From Flavobacteriales bacterium (GTDB lineage: Bacteria > Bacteroidota > Bacteroidia > Flavobacteriales > TMED113): a stretch of DNA of 64,000 bases. Positions 9,662 to 19,424 of the stretch are shown piece by piece. The DNA lies in assembly GCA_002701365.1 (NCBI GenBank), contig NZUK01000009.1, positions 42,503 to 106,502 on the forward strand, read 5' to 3'. Below the pieces are notes generated by a model. The model was not told the DNA's origin. It worked only from the letters and a program-made list of their open reading frames with translations, and ran no database searches. Position 1 is the stretch's first letter. Each line of letters starts with the position of its first letter. Both the position numbers and the translations under genes were made by a program.

Positions 9662-12196
9662 ATGGAAGAAAACTTCTCAGCAAATATAAAAGATGTTATT
9701 GGTTTTAGCCGAGATGAAGCTTTACGTTTATCTAATAATTGTATTGGAACAGAACATTTTATTTTAGGTATTATTAGATTAAAAAATTCTAGCGCAATTA
9801 ATTTATTAAACTCACTTGGAGTCAATATAGAAACCTTGCGAACTGAAATTGAAAACTTTGCTGTCAGTAGATCTAGCAATGACACTATTAAAAAAGCTCA
9901 AATTCCACTAAAAAAAGAAGCTGAAAAAGCGTTAAAAACAACGTTTTTAGAAGCTCGAGTCTTCAACTCTGGAATGATTGGAACTACACATCTTTTATTA
10001 TGTATTTTGAGAAACAATGATGATCCAACAACAAAATTTTTAAGAAATTATCATATCACATACGAAAAAATAAAAGAATTATTTATTAATAAATTAGAAG
10101 AAAAAGACGAATCACAAGATAAACACCTTGCTGAAAAACATACAAAAGCTTCGATTTCTGAACATGACAAAGGTGAAGAAATGTCAAAGAGCAGTGAAAA
10201 GTTTTCTGGCAATATTGGTTCTAAAAAAACTAGATCGAACACACCAGTTTTAGATAATTTTGGTAGAGACCTGACACAATATGCTGAAGATGGTAAATTA
10301 GACCCAGTTATAGGCAGAACCAAAGAAATTGAGAGAGTTTCACAGATTCTTTCAAGAAGAAAAAAAAATAACCCTCTACTTATTGGTGAACCTGGTGTAG
10401 GAAAATCCGCAATAGCTGAGGGATTAGCTACTCGAATTATACAGAAAAAAGTGTCACGTGTATTATTTAATAAGCGAGTTATAGCACTTGACCTAGCATC
10501 ATTAGTAGCAGGGACAAAATATAGAGGGCAATTCGAAGAACGAATGAAAGCTGTAATGGGTGAATTAGAAAAAAACCCAAATATTATACTATTTATTGAC
10601 GAAATACATACTATCGTAGGTGCAGGAGGATCTACAGGATCTTTAGATGCTTCTAACATGTTTAAACCTGCTCTAGCGAGAGGTGACCTGCAATGTATTG
10701 GAGCTACAACACTAGATGAATATAGACAACACATTGAAAAAGACGGGGCTCTTGAGAGAAGATTTCAAAAAGTAATAATTGAACCAACATCAATTTCTGA
10801 AACTATACAGATATTAAACAATATCAAAGAAAGATATGAAGATCATCATAATGTGACATATTCTGAAGATGCAATCAATGCATGTGTTGCATTAACAGAT
10901 CGATATATTAGTGATCGTTTTCTACCTGACAAAGCTATTGACGCACTAGACGAAGCAGGCTCTAGAGTTCATATTACCAATATTAATGTTCCTAAAGAAA
11001 TTGTAGAGCTTGAAGATAAATTACAATTGATTCAAGAAGAAAAAAAAGAGGTTGTTAAAAAACAAAAATATGAAGAAGCTGCCAAGTTAAGAGATACAGA
11101 AAAAGAAACAGAATCTATTTTAATTAAAGAACAAATTAAATGGGAAGAAAGCATAAAAGAAAATAGAGAAATTGTTTCAGAAGACAATGTTTCAGAAGTA
11201 ATATCGATGATGACAGGCATTCCGGTTCAAAGAATTGCTCAAACTGAAAGTATGAGATTGTCAAAAATGGAAGACGATTTAAATAATAAAATCATTGGAC
11301 AGGATGAAGCAATCAAAAAAATTGTCACTGCAATTCAAAGAAATCGAGCAGGGCTCAAAGACCCAAATAAACCCATTGGATCATTTATATTTCTTGGGCC
11401 TACTGGTGTAGGAAAAACACAACTTGCCAAAGAATTAGCGAACTATCTATTTGATTCTGAAAACAACTTAATCAGAGTTGACATGAGTGAGTATATGGAG
11501 AAGTTTGCGATATCAAGACTCGTTGGCGCACCTCCGGGTTATGTTGGATACGAAGAAGGGGGACAACTAACAGAAAAGGTGAGAAGAAAACCATATTCAA
11601 TTATTTTATTAGATGAAATTGAAAAAGCTCATCCAGATGTTTTTAATTTATTACTTCAGGTAATGGATGATGGAATCATGACAGATGGACTGGGACGAAA
11701 AATTGATTTTAAAAATACTATTATTATCATGACTTCTAATTTAGGTACTCGAAAATTAAAAACTATTGGCAAAGGATTAGGTTTTAGTACAACAGCACGC
11801 AAAGAAAATCTAGGTCAACAAACTAAAAGTGTAATTGAAAAGTCGTTACAAAAAGCATTTGCACCAGAATTTTTAAACAGATTAGATGATGTGATATTAT
11901 TTAATCATTTAAATCAAAATGACATTAATCAAATTATTGAAATTGAATTAACTAAGGTCATTAATAGGATTAATAAATTAAATTACAAGATTACATTATC
12001 AGCAAAAGCAAAAGAATACCTATCACAAAAGGGATTTGATGAAAAATTTGGAGCTAGACCTCTAAAACGTGTTATACAAAAATATATTGAAGACATTTTA
12101 GCTGAATACATTATTTCTGGAAAAATTAAAGAGGGAGATAAAATAAATATCGACCTGAAAAATGATAAAATAATTATTAAAAAGAAAACAAAATAA
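9662..12196 (+). CDS. clpC: ATP-dependent Clp protease ATP-binding subunit ClpC (class I AAA+ Hsp100)
   Basis: 844 aa. It has two N-terminal Clp_N repeats, Walker A motifs GEPGVGKSA and GPTGVGKT, a UVR-like linker KYEEAAKLRDTEKE, and GARPLKR at the C-terminus. Confidence 0.93.
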   Translation: MEENFSANIKDVIGFSRDEALRLSNNCIGTEHFILGIIRLKNSSAINLLNSLGVNIETLRTEIENFAVSRSSNDTIKKAQIPLKKEAEKALKTTFLEARVFNSGMIGTTHLLLCILRNNDDPTTKFLRNYHITYEKIKELFINKLEEKDESQDKHLAEKHTKASISEHDKGEEMSKSSEKFSGNIGSKKTRSNTPVLDNFGRDLTQYAEDGKLDPVIGRTKEIERVSQILSRRKKNNPLLIGEPGVGKSAIAEGLATRIIQKKVSRVLFNKRVIALDLASLVAGTKYRGQFEERMKAVMGELEKNPNIILFIDEIHTIVGAGGSTGSLDASNMFKPALARGDLQCIGATTLDEYRQHIEKDGALERRFQKVIIEPTSISETIQILNNIKERYEDHHNVTYSEDAINACVALTDRYISDRFLPDKAIDALDEAGSRVHITNINVPKEIVELEDKLQLIQEEKKEVVKKQKYEEAAKLRDTEKETESILIKEQIKWEESIKENREIVSEDNVSEVISMMTGIPVQRIAQTESMRLSKMEDDLNNKIIGQDEAIKKIVTAIQRNRAGLKDPNKPIGSFIFLGPTGVGKTQLAKELANYLFDSENNLIRVDMSEYMEKFAISRLVGAPPGYVGYEEGGQLTEKVRRKPYSIILLDEIEKAHPDVFNLLLQVMDDGIMTDGLGRKIDFKNTIIIMTSNLGTRKLKTIGKGLGFSTTARKENLGQQTKSVIEKSLQKAFAPEFLNRLDDVILFNHLNQNDINQIIEIELTKVINRINKLNYKITLSAKAKEYLSQKGFDEKFGARPLKRVIQKYIEDILAEYIISGKIKEGDKINIDLKNDKIIIKKKTK

Positions 12197-12208
12197 ACTC
12201 TCAGTTAT

Positions 12209-13024
12209 TTATTTCTTTTCCATCATATCTATTATTTCCTGAGAAACACCAGTACTTGAAAAACCACCATCATGAAACAAATTTTGCATGGTAACCATAC
12301 GTGTATAGTCAGAAAATAAAGACACGCAATATTTTGCACAATCCTCTGCACTCGCATTACCCATAGGAGAAATCTTATTAGCATACTCAAAAAAAGCATC
12401 AAAACCTAACACGCCACTTCCTGCAGTTGTTAATGTAGGCGATTGTGAAATGGTATTAACTCGAATATTATGATTCTTACCATAATGATAGCCAAAACTT
12501 CGAGCAACAGATTCTAAATATGATTTATTTTCAGCCATATCATTATAATCTGGAAAAGTTCGCTGAGCAGCAATATATGATAATGCTAAAATTGACCCAT
12601 AATCATTAATTGCATTTAACTTATAGGCTACCTGTAGCATTTTATGAAAAGAAATTGCTGACACATCTAAACCTTTTATTAAAAAATCATAATTCAAATC
12701 AGTATAAGCACGTTTCTTTCGAACATTTACAGACATCCCTATCGAATGTAATACAAAATCAATTTTTCCGTCAAAATCAACCATGGCTGTATTAAATAAG
12801 TTTTCTAAATCATTAATTGAAGTGGCATCAGCAGCAATAACTTTTGAGTTGCATTTTTTTGCTAGTTCATGAATAGACCCCATTCTTAATGCAATTGGAG
12901 CATTTGTTAAAATAATATCAGCTCCATTGCTAACTGCTTCTTCTGCGACCTTCCAAGCAATAGACTTTTCATCTAAAGCCCCAAAAATTATCCCTTTTTT
13001 GCCTTTTAATAAATTATTTCCCAT
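12209..13024 (-). CDS. fabI: Enoyl-[acyl-carrier-protein] reductase (NADH) FabI
   Basis: 271 aa. N-terminus LKGKKGIIFGALDEKSIAWKVA, and the catalytic Tyr-x6-Lys spacing in YNDMAENK. Confidence 0.9.
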   Translation of the reverse strand: MGNNLLKGKKGIIFGALDEKSIAWKVAEEAVSNGADIILTNAPIALRMGSIHELAKKCNSKVIAADATSINDLENLFNTAMVDFDGKIDFVLHSIGMSVNVRKKRAYTDLNYDFLIKGLDVSAISFHKMLQVAYKLNAINDYGSILALSYIAAQRTFPDYNDMAENKSYLESVARSFGYHYGKNHNIRVNTISQSPTLTTAGSGVLGFDAFFEYANKISPMGNASAEDCAKYCVSLFSDYTRMVTMQNLFHDGGFSSTGVSQEIIDMMEKK

Positions 13025-13040
13025 AAGTTTTTAAATTTTA

Positions 13041-14708
13041 TCAAATATCTAGCATTTTTTTGGCATTAGCAATAGCCTCATCATTTACTTCGTCGCCACT
13101 TAACATCCTTGCAATCTCTAAAACTCTATCATGTGACATAATTTCACTAATAATAGTCTGAGAAGAATCATCGTTATCAATTTTAGAAACACGGTAATGA
13201 TATTTGCCAATGGATGCAATTTGAGGCAAATGTGTTATACAAATAACCTGACCATTAATAGCAATATTTTGTAAGATACGTCCCATTTTTCTGCCAATTT
13301 CACCCGAAACACCAGAATCAATTTCATCAAAAATAATAGTTGAAAAAGTATTTATTGAAAAAAGCTGTTTCTTAAGGCATAACATTAAACGAGCAATTTC
13401 TCCGCCAGAAGCAATTTGACCTAATGGTTTTAATGCATAACCTTTATTTGATGAAAACAATATACTTATGTTATCAGAACCGTTAAAGAAGAACTGATCT
13501 CCCCTTGTAATTTCAAATTTAATACTTGGATTTTTTATACCTATCTGAAACAAGTCGTTCTCTATTTTATGAGTTAATTTTGAAGCCGCTTGATTTCTTA
13601 TAGAGTTAATTTGAATAGACAAATCGGACATCTGCGTATGGATAGATTTTTTTTCTGATTGCAACATCTCGATTTCATTCGAAATTTTACCCAATGAAAT
13701 AATCTCATTACTCCAGGAATCTCTTTTATTTAAAATTTCTTTAATACTAAAAACATTTAATTCTTTTTCAAGAGAATTGATACTATTAATTCTATCTTCT
13801 ATGGATTCCATGTTTTCAGAATTAATACTTAACTCCTGATTCAATGAATGAAACTCCATATTGATATCTCTTAAATCAATTTCATTCTGTTTTATTCTAA
13901 CTAACAAATCCTGTAATTTTGAATCATATTGAGTTAATTCTAATAATTTTGAACTAACTAAATTTAGTTGAGTTAAAATAGAAGTTTCTGTGTCATCTAA
14001 TAGTAGAATTATTTCTGAAAAAAACTCTTTAATTTTATGAATATTTTTTATTTTATTATACTGGCTTTCTAATTTACTTTTCTCACCAACTACCAAGTTT
14101 AATTTATTAATTGTATCAATTATTTTTTTCTTATACTCTAAGTCAATACTCTGATTTAAAAGTTTTTCTATTGATTGGATTCTGTTGTTAACGATAATAA
14201 AATCTTGAAATAAATCAGAATAACTTTTTTTAATTGTTTTAAATGCTGGAAAATTTTTAATAGCGTATTGATCAATGAGGTTAATTTGAAACTGATCATT
14301 GTTTATTAATAAATTTTCATGTTGAGAATGAATATCAACTAAATACACACCTATTTTTTTTAGCAAATCTAATTTAACAGGAGAATCATTGACAAATGAC
14401 CTTGACTTTCCATCAGCAGAAAATTCTCTTCTAATAATCAGACTATCATCATAGTCGAGATTATGGTCTTGAAAAAATAATTGAAGATTGAGGTGAGAAA
14501 TATTAAAGATGCCCTCGATAATTGCTTTTTTAGATTTTTCTTTAAAATTAATAGAATCAAACCTATTGCCTAACAACAAGTTCAATGCACCTAAAATAAT
14601 TGACTTACCCGCACCTGTCTCACCAGTAATAATAGTGAAACCTGGTGAAAAATCTACTTCAAGATGATCGATAATTGCATAATTACTAATCAGTATTTTA
14701 TTAATCAT
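13041..14708 (-). CDS. recN: DNA repair protein RecN
   Basis: 555 aa. Walker A GETGAGKSI, a long coiled-coil middle region, signature ASGGEIARLML and Walker B IIFDEIDSGVSG. Confidence 0.93.
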   Translation of the reverse strand: MINKILISNYAIIDHLEVDFSPGFTIITGETGAGKSIILGALNLLLGNRFDSINFKEKSKKAIIEGIFNISHLNLQLFFQDHNLDYDDSLIIRREFSADGKSRSFVNDSPVKLDLLKKIGVYLVDIHSQHENLLINNDQFQINLIDQYAIKNFPAFKTIKKSYSDLFQDFIIVNNRIQSIEKLLNQSIDLEYKKKIIDTINKLNLVVGEKSKLESQYNKIKNIHKIKEFFSEIILLLDDTETSILTQLNLVSSKLLELTQYDSKLQDLLVRIKQNEIDLRDINMEFHSLNQELSINSENMESIEDRINSINSLEKELNVFSIKEILNKRDSWSNEIISLGKISNEIEMLQSEKKSIHTQMSDLSIQINSIRNQAASKLTHKIENDLFQIGIKNPSIKFEITRGDQFFFNGSDNISILFSSNKGYALKPLGQIASGGEIARLMLCLKKQLFSINTFSTIIFDEIDSGVSGEIGRKMGRILQNIAINGQVICITHLPQIASIGKYHYRVSKIDNDDSSQTIISEIMSHDRVLEIARMLSGDEVNDEAIANAKKMLDI

Positions 14709-14711
14709 AAA

Positions 14712-15605
14712 TCACTGTTTACTTAGAATTTTCTGCCATTTATCAGCATTAGTAATTGACATCTGGTTTAATAAAGTTATAAGATCATCTACTTGCATCA
14801 AATTTCCTTGCGAAAAAATATTTACTATTTCATCTGTTTTAGTATCAAAAAAAATCTGTAATAAATATCCCCTAGGTCTTTGATTGTGCACCTCTCTAAG
14901 AGACATTATAGCTTCAGCAATATATTCTCTTACAAAATCTGGTTTTTCTGTAAATTTATCCAAACCCTCTCGATGATACTTATAATTAAATAATCTCATA
15001 TTTGAAAAATCTGAACTTAATAAATTTTCTATCAACCAATATCTGTTAGCTAACCCTTCAAATGACTTCCAACCAGAGGCATTATTGTCAGACTGAGCAT
15101 TTGCAACAATTTTTTCAGCTTTTTTAAAAAAAACATCCCCACCTTTAGATGCAAAGGTATCATAATCTACTCCTATAATTAGGTAAGCATAATATGCTAA
15201 AACAGAAGTTAAATTAGAAAGATGTGTATTCTCATTGAACTCAAGAGTTTCAAATTCTACGTATCTAAATCTAAACTGATTATCTAAAATATTTAACATA
15301 GGACTGTTATAAAGTGTTTTATATACAGGTCTTGATGATTGTATAGACATTGAACCCGAATACTCATCTGTAGATAGTTGCTGATCTATTCTTATTAAAA
15401 TTGTACAATCTATGCGCTCTTCATTATTAAAGTTATCATTAGTCCAGTTTGTATTATTCATAAACTCATATATACTTTGACGCATAGAATTAAACATCTC
15501 TCTATTAGGACTAGGTATAGAAGAATAGTTAATACTAATCTTACAATTTAATTCTTGTGTAAATACTAGTATCGGAAACAAACAAAAAATCACTAAAAAT
15601 CTCAT
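14712..15605 (-). CDS. porD: DUF4835 family protein (T9SS component PorD-like)
   Basis: The position between coaBC and recN matches flavobacterial synteny. I prefer the ATG at 15605 (MRFLVIFCLFPILVFTQ signal peptide) over the track start at 15659, which would overlap coaBC by 50 nt. Confidence 0.7.
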   Translation of the reverse strand: MRFLVIFCLFPILVFTQELNCKISINYSSIPSPNREMFNSMRQSIYEFMNNTNWTNDNFNNEERIDCTILIRIDQQLSTDEYSGSMSIQSSRPVYKTLYNSPMLNILDNQFRFRYVEFETLEFNENTHLSNLTSVLAYYAYLIIGVDYDTFASKGGDVFFKKAEKIVANAQSDNNASGWKSFEGLANRYWLIENLLSSDFSNMRLFNYKYHREGLDKFTEKPDFVREYIAEAIMSLREVHNQRPRGYLLQIFFDTKTDEIVNIFSQGNLMQVDDLITLLNQMSITNADKWQKILSKQ

Positions 15606-15609
15606 AATA

Positions 15610-16848
15610 TTATAATGCATTTGATTGATGAATTTCACTTTTATGAAATAAAACTTCATCTAAAATAACTTTTGCAACTTCACTTTTCTTCATCAATGGA
15701 TATTTTTTAATATTTAAATCATTATCTATGATCGTAATTTTATTTGTATCAAAACCAAAACCTGATTGGTTGTCTCGAAGTGAATTTAAAATAATTAAAT
15801 CCATATTTTTATTCTTCATTTTTTTTACCGCATTAGACTCCTCGTTTTGAGTTTCTAAAGCAAACCCAACTATAAATTGACTTATCTTATCAGATGATAA
15901 TGTTTTTACAATATCAATATTAGGCTCAGTTTCAATAATAATAGATTTTGTATTTATTTTTTCCTTTTTTATAGAACTTGGTTTAAAATCTGAAACAGCA
16001 GATGCAAAAAAAGCAATATCACAATCAATAAATTTAGACTCACATGCTTTGAACATTTGCTGAGCAGTTTGAATATTAAAAATGGTAATTCTGGGATGAC
16101 TTAAACTTTCTGAAGAAGGACCTAGTATCAAGTCAACAGAGGCACCAAGATTAGCAGCTTGTTTGGCTAACTCACAACCCATTTTACCTGAAGAAAAATT
16201 ACCAATAAAACGAACAGGATCGATTTGCTCATATGTTGGTCCCGCTGTAATAAGTATTTTCTTTTCAAAAAGAGGCAATGATTGTAAAAAAAAATTAGCC
16301 ATTTCTAAAAACAAAGAATTAACATCTTTCATTCTTCCTAACCCATGCAAACCACTAGCTAATTCACCTTCATCAACATTAAAAATGTATATGTTACGTT
16401 TTTTTAAAAGACTTAAGTTTTTAGAATTCGCTCTATTTAAATACATGTCTCGATCCATGGCGGGAGAACAAAAAATCGGGCATGTACATGATAAAAATGT
16501 TGCAAGCAAAATATTGTCACACAACCCTGTTGCCATTTTAGACAACGTATTTGCTGTGGCAGGTGCTATTAAAAAAACATCTGCCCATAAACCTAATTCA
16601 ACATGATTATGCCATTCCATTTTGTCCTCAGTAACAAAATCTGAAATCACCTTATTTTTAGAAAGTGTAGATAAAACTAAAGGACTAACAAAACTACAAG
16701 CATCATTTGATAAAATAATTTTCACCTCAGCTCCATTTTTTACAAATAACCTAACCAACTCAGGTATTTTATAGGCTGCAATACTACCCGTGACTCCAAT
16801 CAATATTTTTTTCCCAAAGAAAACAGACTGAGAATCATTTTTTTTCAT
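15610..16848 (-). CDS. coaBC: Bifunctional phosphopantothenoylcysteine decarboxylase / phosphopantothenate-cysteine ligase
   Basis: 412 aa. An N-terminal flavoprotein domain (GVTGSIAAYK, PAMDRDMY) is joined to a C-terminal DFP ligase domain (ITAGPTYEQIDPVRFIGNFSSGKMG). Confidence 0.93.
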   Translation of the reverse strand: MKKNDSQSVFFGKKILIGVTGSIAAYKIPELVRLFVKNGAEVKIILSNDACSFVSPLVLSTLSKNKVISDFVTEDKMEWHNHVELGLWADVFLIAPATANTLSKMATGLCDNILLATFLSCTCPIFCSPAMDRDMYLNRANSKNLSLLKKRNIYIFNVDEGELASGLHGLGRMKDVNSLFLEMANFFLQSLPLFEKKILITAGPTYEQIDPVRFIGNFSSGKMGCELAKQAANLGASVDLILGPSSESLSHPRITIFNIQTAQQMFKACESKFIDCDIAFFASAVSDFKPSSIKKEKINTKSIIIETEPNIDIVKTLSSDKISQFIVGFALETQNEESNAVKKMKNKNMDLIILNSLRDNQSGFGFDTNKITIIDNDLNIKKYPLMKKSEVAKVILDEVLFHKSEIHQSNAL

Positions 16849-16874
16849 AAAATTGAAGAATAAAGTATATAGAT

Positions 16875-17315
16875 TTAGCTATCGGCTTCTTCCGATTTCA
16901 CTGCACTTGAATCTGATTTTTCATCATCAATAACTTCTTGATTTTCATCACTTAAATCTATTAATGAATCTTCAGTATTTAAGTCTAGAGATTCTTTTTT
17001 AACTTTTTCCCTAACATAGATTTGATCATCCATTAATTCTTGAATAGCAATTAAGGTAGCCTTAGGTAATCTTTCATAAAATCTAGAGATTTCCGTTTGT
17101 TCTTGGTTCTCAAAAACTTCCTCTAAAGTATCAGAGTGTGTAGCAAATTCATCAAGCTTTGCAAGTAACTCTTCCTTAATTTCAACTCCAATTTGATTAG
17201 ATCTTTGTTGTAAAATTGATATTAATTCATAAACATTACCGCCAACACTATTAGCTAAATCTTGAAGATCACGAGAAACAGTTGTTCTCGCTGCATTTGT
17301 TTTTTTATAATCCAT
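16875..17315 (-). CDS. rpoZ: DNA-directed RNA polymerase subunit omega (Bacteroidota type) with acidic C-terminal extension
   Basis: 146 aa. GNVYELISILQQRSNQIGVEIKEELLAKLDEFATHSDTLEEVFENQEQTEISRFYERLPK matches the flavobacterial omega pattern. It sits in the conserved position between bamD and coaBC. Confidence 0.75.
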   Translation of the reverse strand: MDYKKTNAARTTVSRDLQDLANSVGGNVYELISILQQRSNQIGVEIKEELLAKLDEFATHSDTLEEVFENQEQTEISRFYERLPKATLIAIQELMDDQIYVREKVKKESLDLNTEDSLIDLSDENQEVIDDEKSDSSAVKSEEADS

Positions 17316-18090
17316 TTTGTATTTCTTTTAATTTTTCATAAATAGACTCTATTTCCTGAGCATAATTCCCCGAAGGAAAAGCTAACAAAAAATTATTACA
17401 TGCAAATATAGCATCTTTTATTCTTTGAGCTTTCTTTTCTTCTACACTATTAACTCCTAATTCATAATAAGATTGTGTTTGAATAAAAAACACATCTTCT
17501 TTATTTAATGTCTCTGGAAAACGATTTAAAAAATCATCAACAGAGGTAATCGAAGCCATATACTTTCCTGTGTCAAAGTATAGTTTTACAATTTCAAACT
17601 CTTTTTTTTCAAGTTTTAAATTTAAATTAATAATAAGTTGTGTTGCATCTTTTATTCTACTACTATTAGGATAACTATCAATGAACGCTTCTAGTTTGAT
17701 TATTGCATCGTATGTATTAGTTTGATCTAAATTATATCTGGGAGCTTGTAGATAGTAGCAGTATGCAGACATATAGGACATTTCTTCTTTTTTAGATGAG
17801 GAAGGAAATTTTAAGGCAAAATTATTAAAATGATATGCCGCAGAAACATAATCTTTGATATAAAAAGTGGCATATATATAATGGTAATAAACTTCTTCTG
17901 ATTTTTGACGATCATTAAAATTAGTCAAAACAGTTTCTAACAATTGTAAAGATTTTAGGTAATCTGCAGTATTATAATATTCTAGCGCCTTAGTATATTT
18001 ATACTCTATATTGTCACTTTTTAAAACTTTTTGATACTCACTACAAGAAAAAAAGAAAAAAATAGATGATATTATGCAAAAAAACCTCAT
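17305..18090 (-). CDS. bamD: Outer membrane protein assembly factor BamD (TPR lipoprotein)
   Basis: TPR-like repeats. I prefer the ATG at 18090 (MRFFCIISSIFFFFSC lipobox) to the track start at 18171. The longer form would cover the promoter box of the divergent gene. Confidence 0.75.
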   Translation of the reverse strand: MRFFCIISSIFFFFSCSEYQKVLKSDNIEYKYTKALEYYNTADYLKSLQLLETVLTNFNDRQKSEEVYYHYIYATFYIKDYVSAAYHFNNFALKFPSSSKKEEMSYMSAYCYYLQAPRYNLDQTNTYDAIIKLEAFIDSYPNSSRIKDATQLIINLNLKLEKKEFEIVKLYFDTGKYMASITSVDDFLNRFPETLNKEDVFFIQTQSYYELGVNSVEEKKAQRIKDAIFACNNFLLAFPSGNYAQEIESIYEKLKEIQNGL

Positions 18091-18152
18091 GAGAGCAAAT
18101 ATAATATAATTAGCTAATACTATTATTAATAACTTAATTATTATTAAAATCG

Positions 18153-18160
18153 TATTTTTG
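18153..18160 (+). promoter_or_regulatory. Candidate -7 box (TAnnTTTG) for the alpha-oxoamine synthase gene
   Basis: Exact match tatttttg 22 nt upstream of the ATG at 18183. Confidence 0.3.
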
Positions 18161-18182
18161 CGATAATTCAATAAAGTTTCTT

Positions 18183-19424
18183 ATGGATTTATTTGAAAAA
18201 ATTAAAAAAAATCGAGGTCCTCTAGGCCAACATGCTAAAGATGCGCATGGCTACTTTACATTTCCAAAACTTGAAGGAGAAATTGCAAGTAAAATGATTT
18301 TCAATAATAAAGAAGTAATTTGCTGGAGCATTAATAATTATCTTGGATTATCAAATCATCCTGAAGTTCGTAAAGCAGATGCCGATGCTGCTAAAAAATT
18401 CGGTCTTGGTACACCAATGGGTTCTCGAATGATGTCTGGTGATTCATTATTTCATGAGCAACTAGAAAAAGAATTAGCTGAGTTCTCTCAAAAAGAAGAT
18501 GCAATATTATTAAATTTTGGTTATCAAGGCATGCACTCTGCGATTGACGCACTCGTTGATAGACAAGATGTAATTGTATATGACTCTGAATCACACGCAT
18601 GCATTTTGGACGGTGTAAGACTACATTTAGGAAAAAGATACCAATATCCCCATAATAATATTGAGAAGCTAAAAAAGCAACTAGAAAGAGCCACTAACAT
18701 CATAAATGAGACAGGTGGATCAATCCTTGTTATTACTGAAGGAGTGTTTGGCATGGCGGGAGACTTAGGAAAATTAAAAGAAATATGTGCGCTTAAACAA
18801 GAATTTTCTTTTAGATTATTTGTTGATGACGCACACGGTGTTGGAACAATGGGACATAACGGTATTGGAACAGGAGAACACTTTGGCGTTCAAGATCAGA
18901 TAGATGTATATTTCGGAACATTTGCAAAAAGCTTTGCTAGTATTGGTGCATTTATTAGCTCTAATAAAGATGTTATTGAATATCTTAAGTATAATACCCG
19001 TTCTCAAATTTTTGCAAAATCACTACCGATGCCAATTGTTGTAGGTGCATTAAAAAGACTAGAAATAATTAGAAGAGATAATAGCTTGAAGAAAAAGCTG
19101 TGGGCTATCACTGATCAACTTCAAAATGGCTTGAGAGAAAATGGATTTAATTTAGGTGACACTCAAAGTTGTGTCACACCAGTATTTTTATCAGGTGGAG
19201 TTGGTGAAGCAACTAATTTAACTGTGGACTTAAGAGAAAATTATGGTATCTTTTGCTCAATAGTGACGTATCCTGTTGTACCAAAAGGAGTAATAATGTT
19301 AAGATTAATTCCAACTGCGACACATACTAATGATGATGTAAAAGTTACAATAAATGCTTTCAAAGAAGTGAAAGAAAAATTGTTTTCTGGGACATATGTA
19401 TCAGATAAGATAGCGCAATTTTAA
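18183..19424 (+). CDS. PLP-dependent alpha-oxoamine synthase family enzyme (KBL / AONS / serine-palmitoyltransferase-like acyltransferase)
   Basis: 413 aa. Motifs include WSINNYLGLSNHPEV, the FVDDAHGVG aspartate/histidine region, and the PLP-lysine context GTFAKSFAS. Substrate cannot be assigned from sequence alone. Confidence 0.85.
   Translation: MDLFEKIKKNRGPLGQHAKDAHGYFTFPKLEGEIASKMIFNNKEVICWSINNYLGLSNHPEVRKADADAAKKFGLGTPMGSRMMSGDSLFHEQLEKELAEFSQKEDAILLNFGYQGMHSAIDALVDRQDVIVYDSESHACILDGVRLHLGKRYQYPHNNIEKLKKQLERATNIINETGGSILVITEGVFGMAGDLGKLKEICALKQEFSFRLFVDDAHGVGTMGHNGIGTGEHFGVQDQIDVYFGTFAKSFASIGAFISSNKDVIEYLKYNTRSQIFAKSLPMPIVVGALKRLEIIRRDNSLKKKLWAITDQLQNGLRENGFNLGDTQSCVTPVFLSGGVGEATNLTVDLRENYGIFCSIVTYPVVPKGVIMLRLIPTATHTNDDVKVTINAFKEVKEKLFSGTYVSDKIAQF

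Noticed and set aside
10051-10734. 227-aa ORF antisense to clpC
   Set aside because: It lies entirely inside the strongly supported clpC frame. Its Ser/Phe/Ile-rich low-complexity translation is what the reverse complement of Glu/Lys/Asp-rich coding sequence produces. No motifs.
16163-16606. 147-aa ORF antisense to coaBC
   Set aside because: It is embedded in the well-conserved coaBC frame, has no recognisable domain, and shows antisense-artefact composition.
14712-18171. Long N-terminal extensions suggested by the ORF track for the DUF4835 gene (15659) and bamD (18171). Similar cases occur for bshB1 (45341), kdsC (49159), rsmE (31474) and the SBP gene (56790).
   Set aside because: Each longer form overlaps the upstream gene or a promoter box and lacks signal-peptide logic. 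Internal ATGs give canonical signal peptides, lipoboxes or conserved N-termini, so the shorter starts were adopted.
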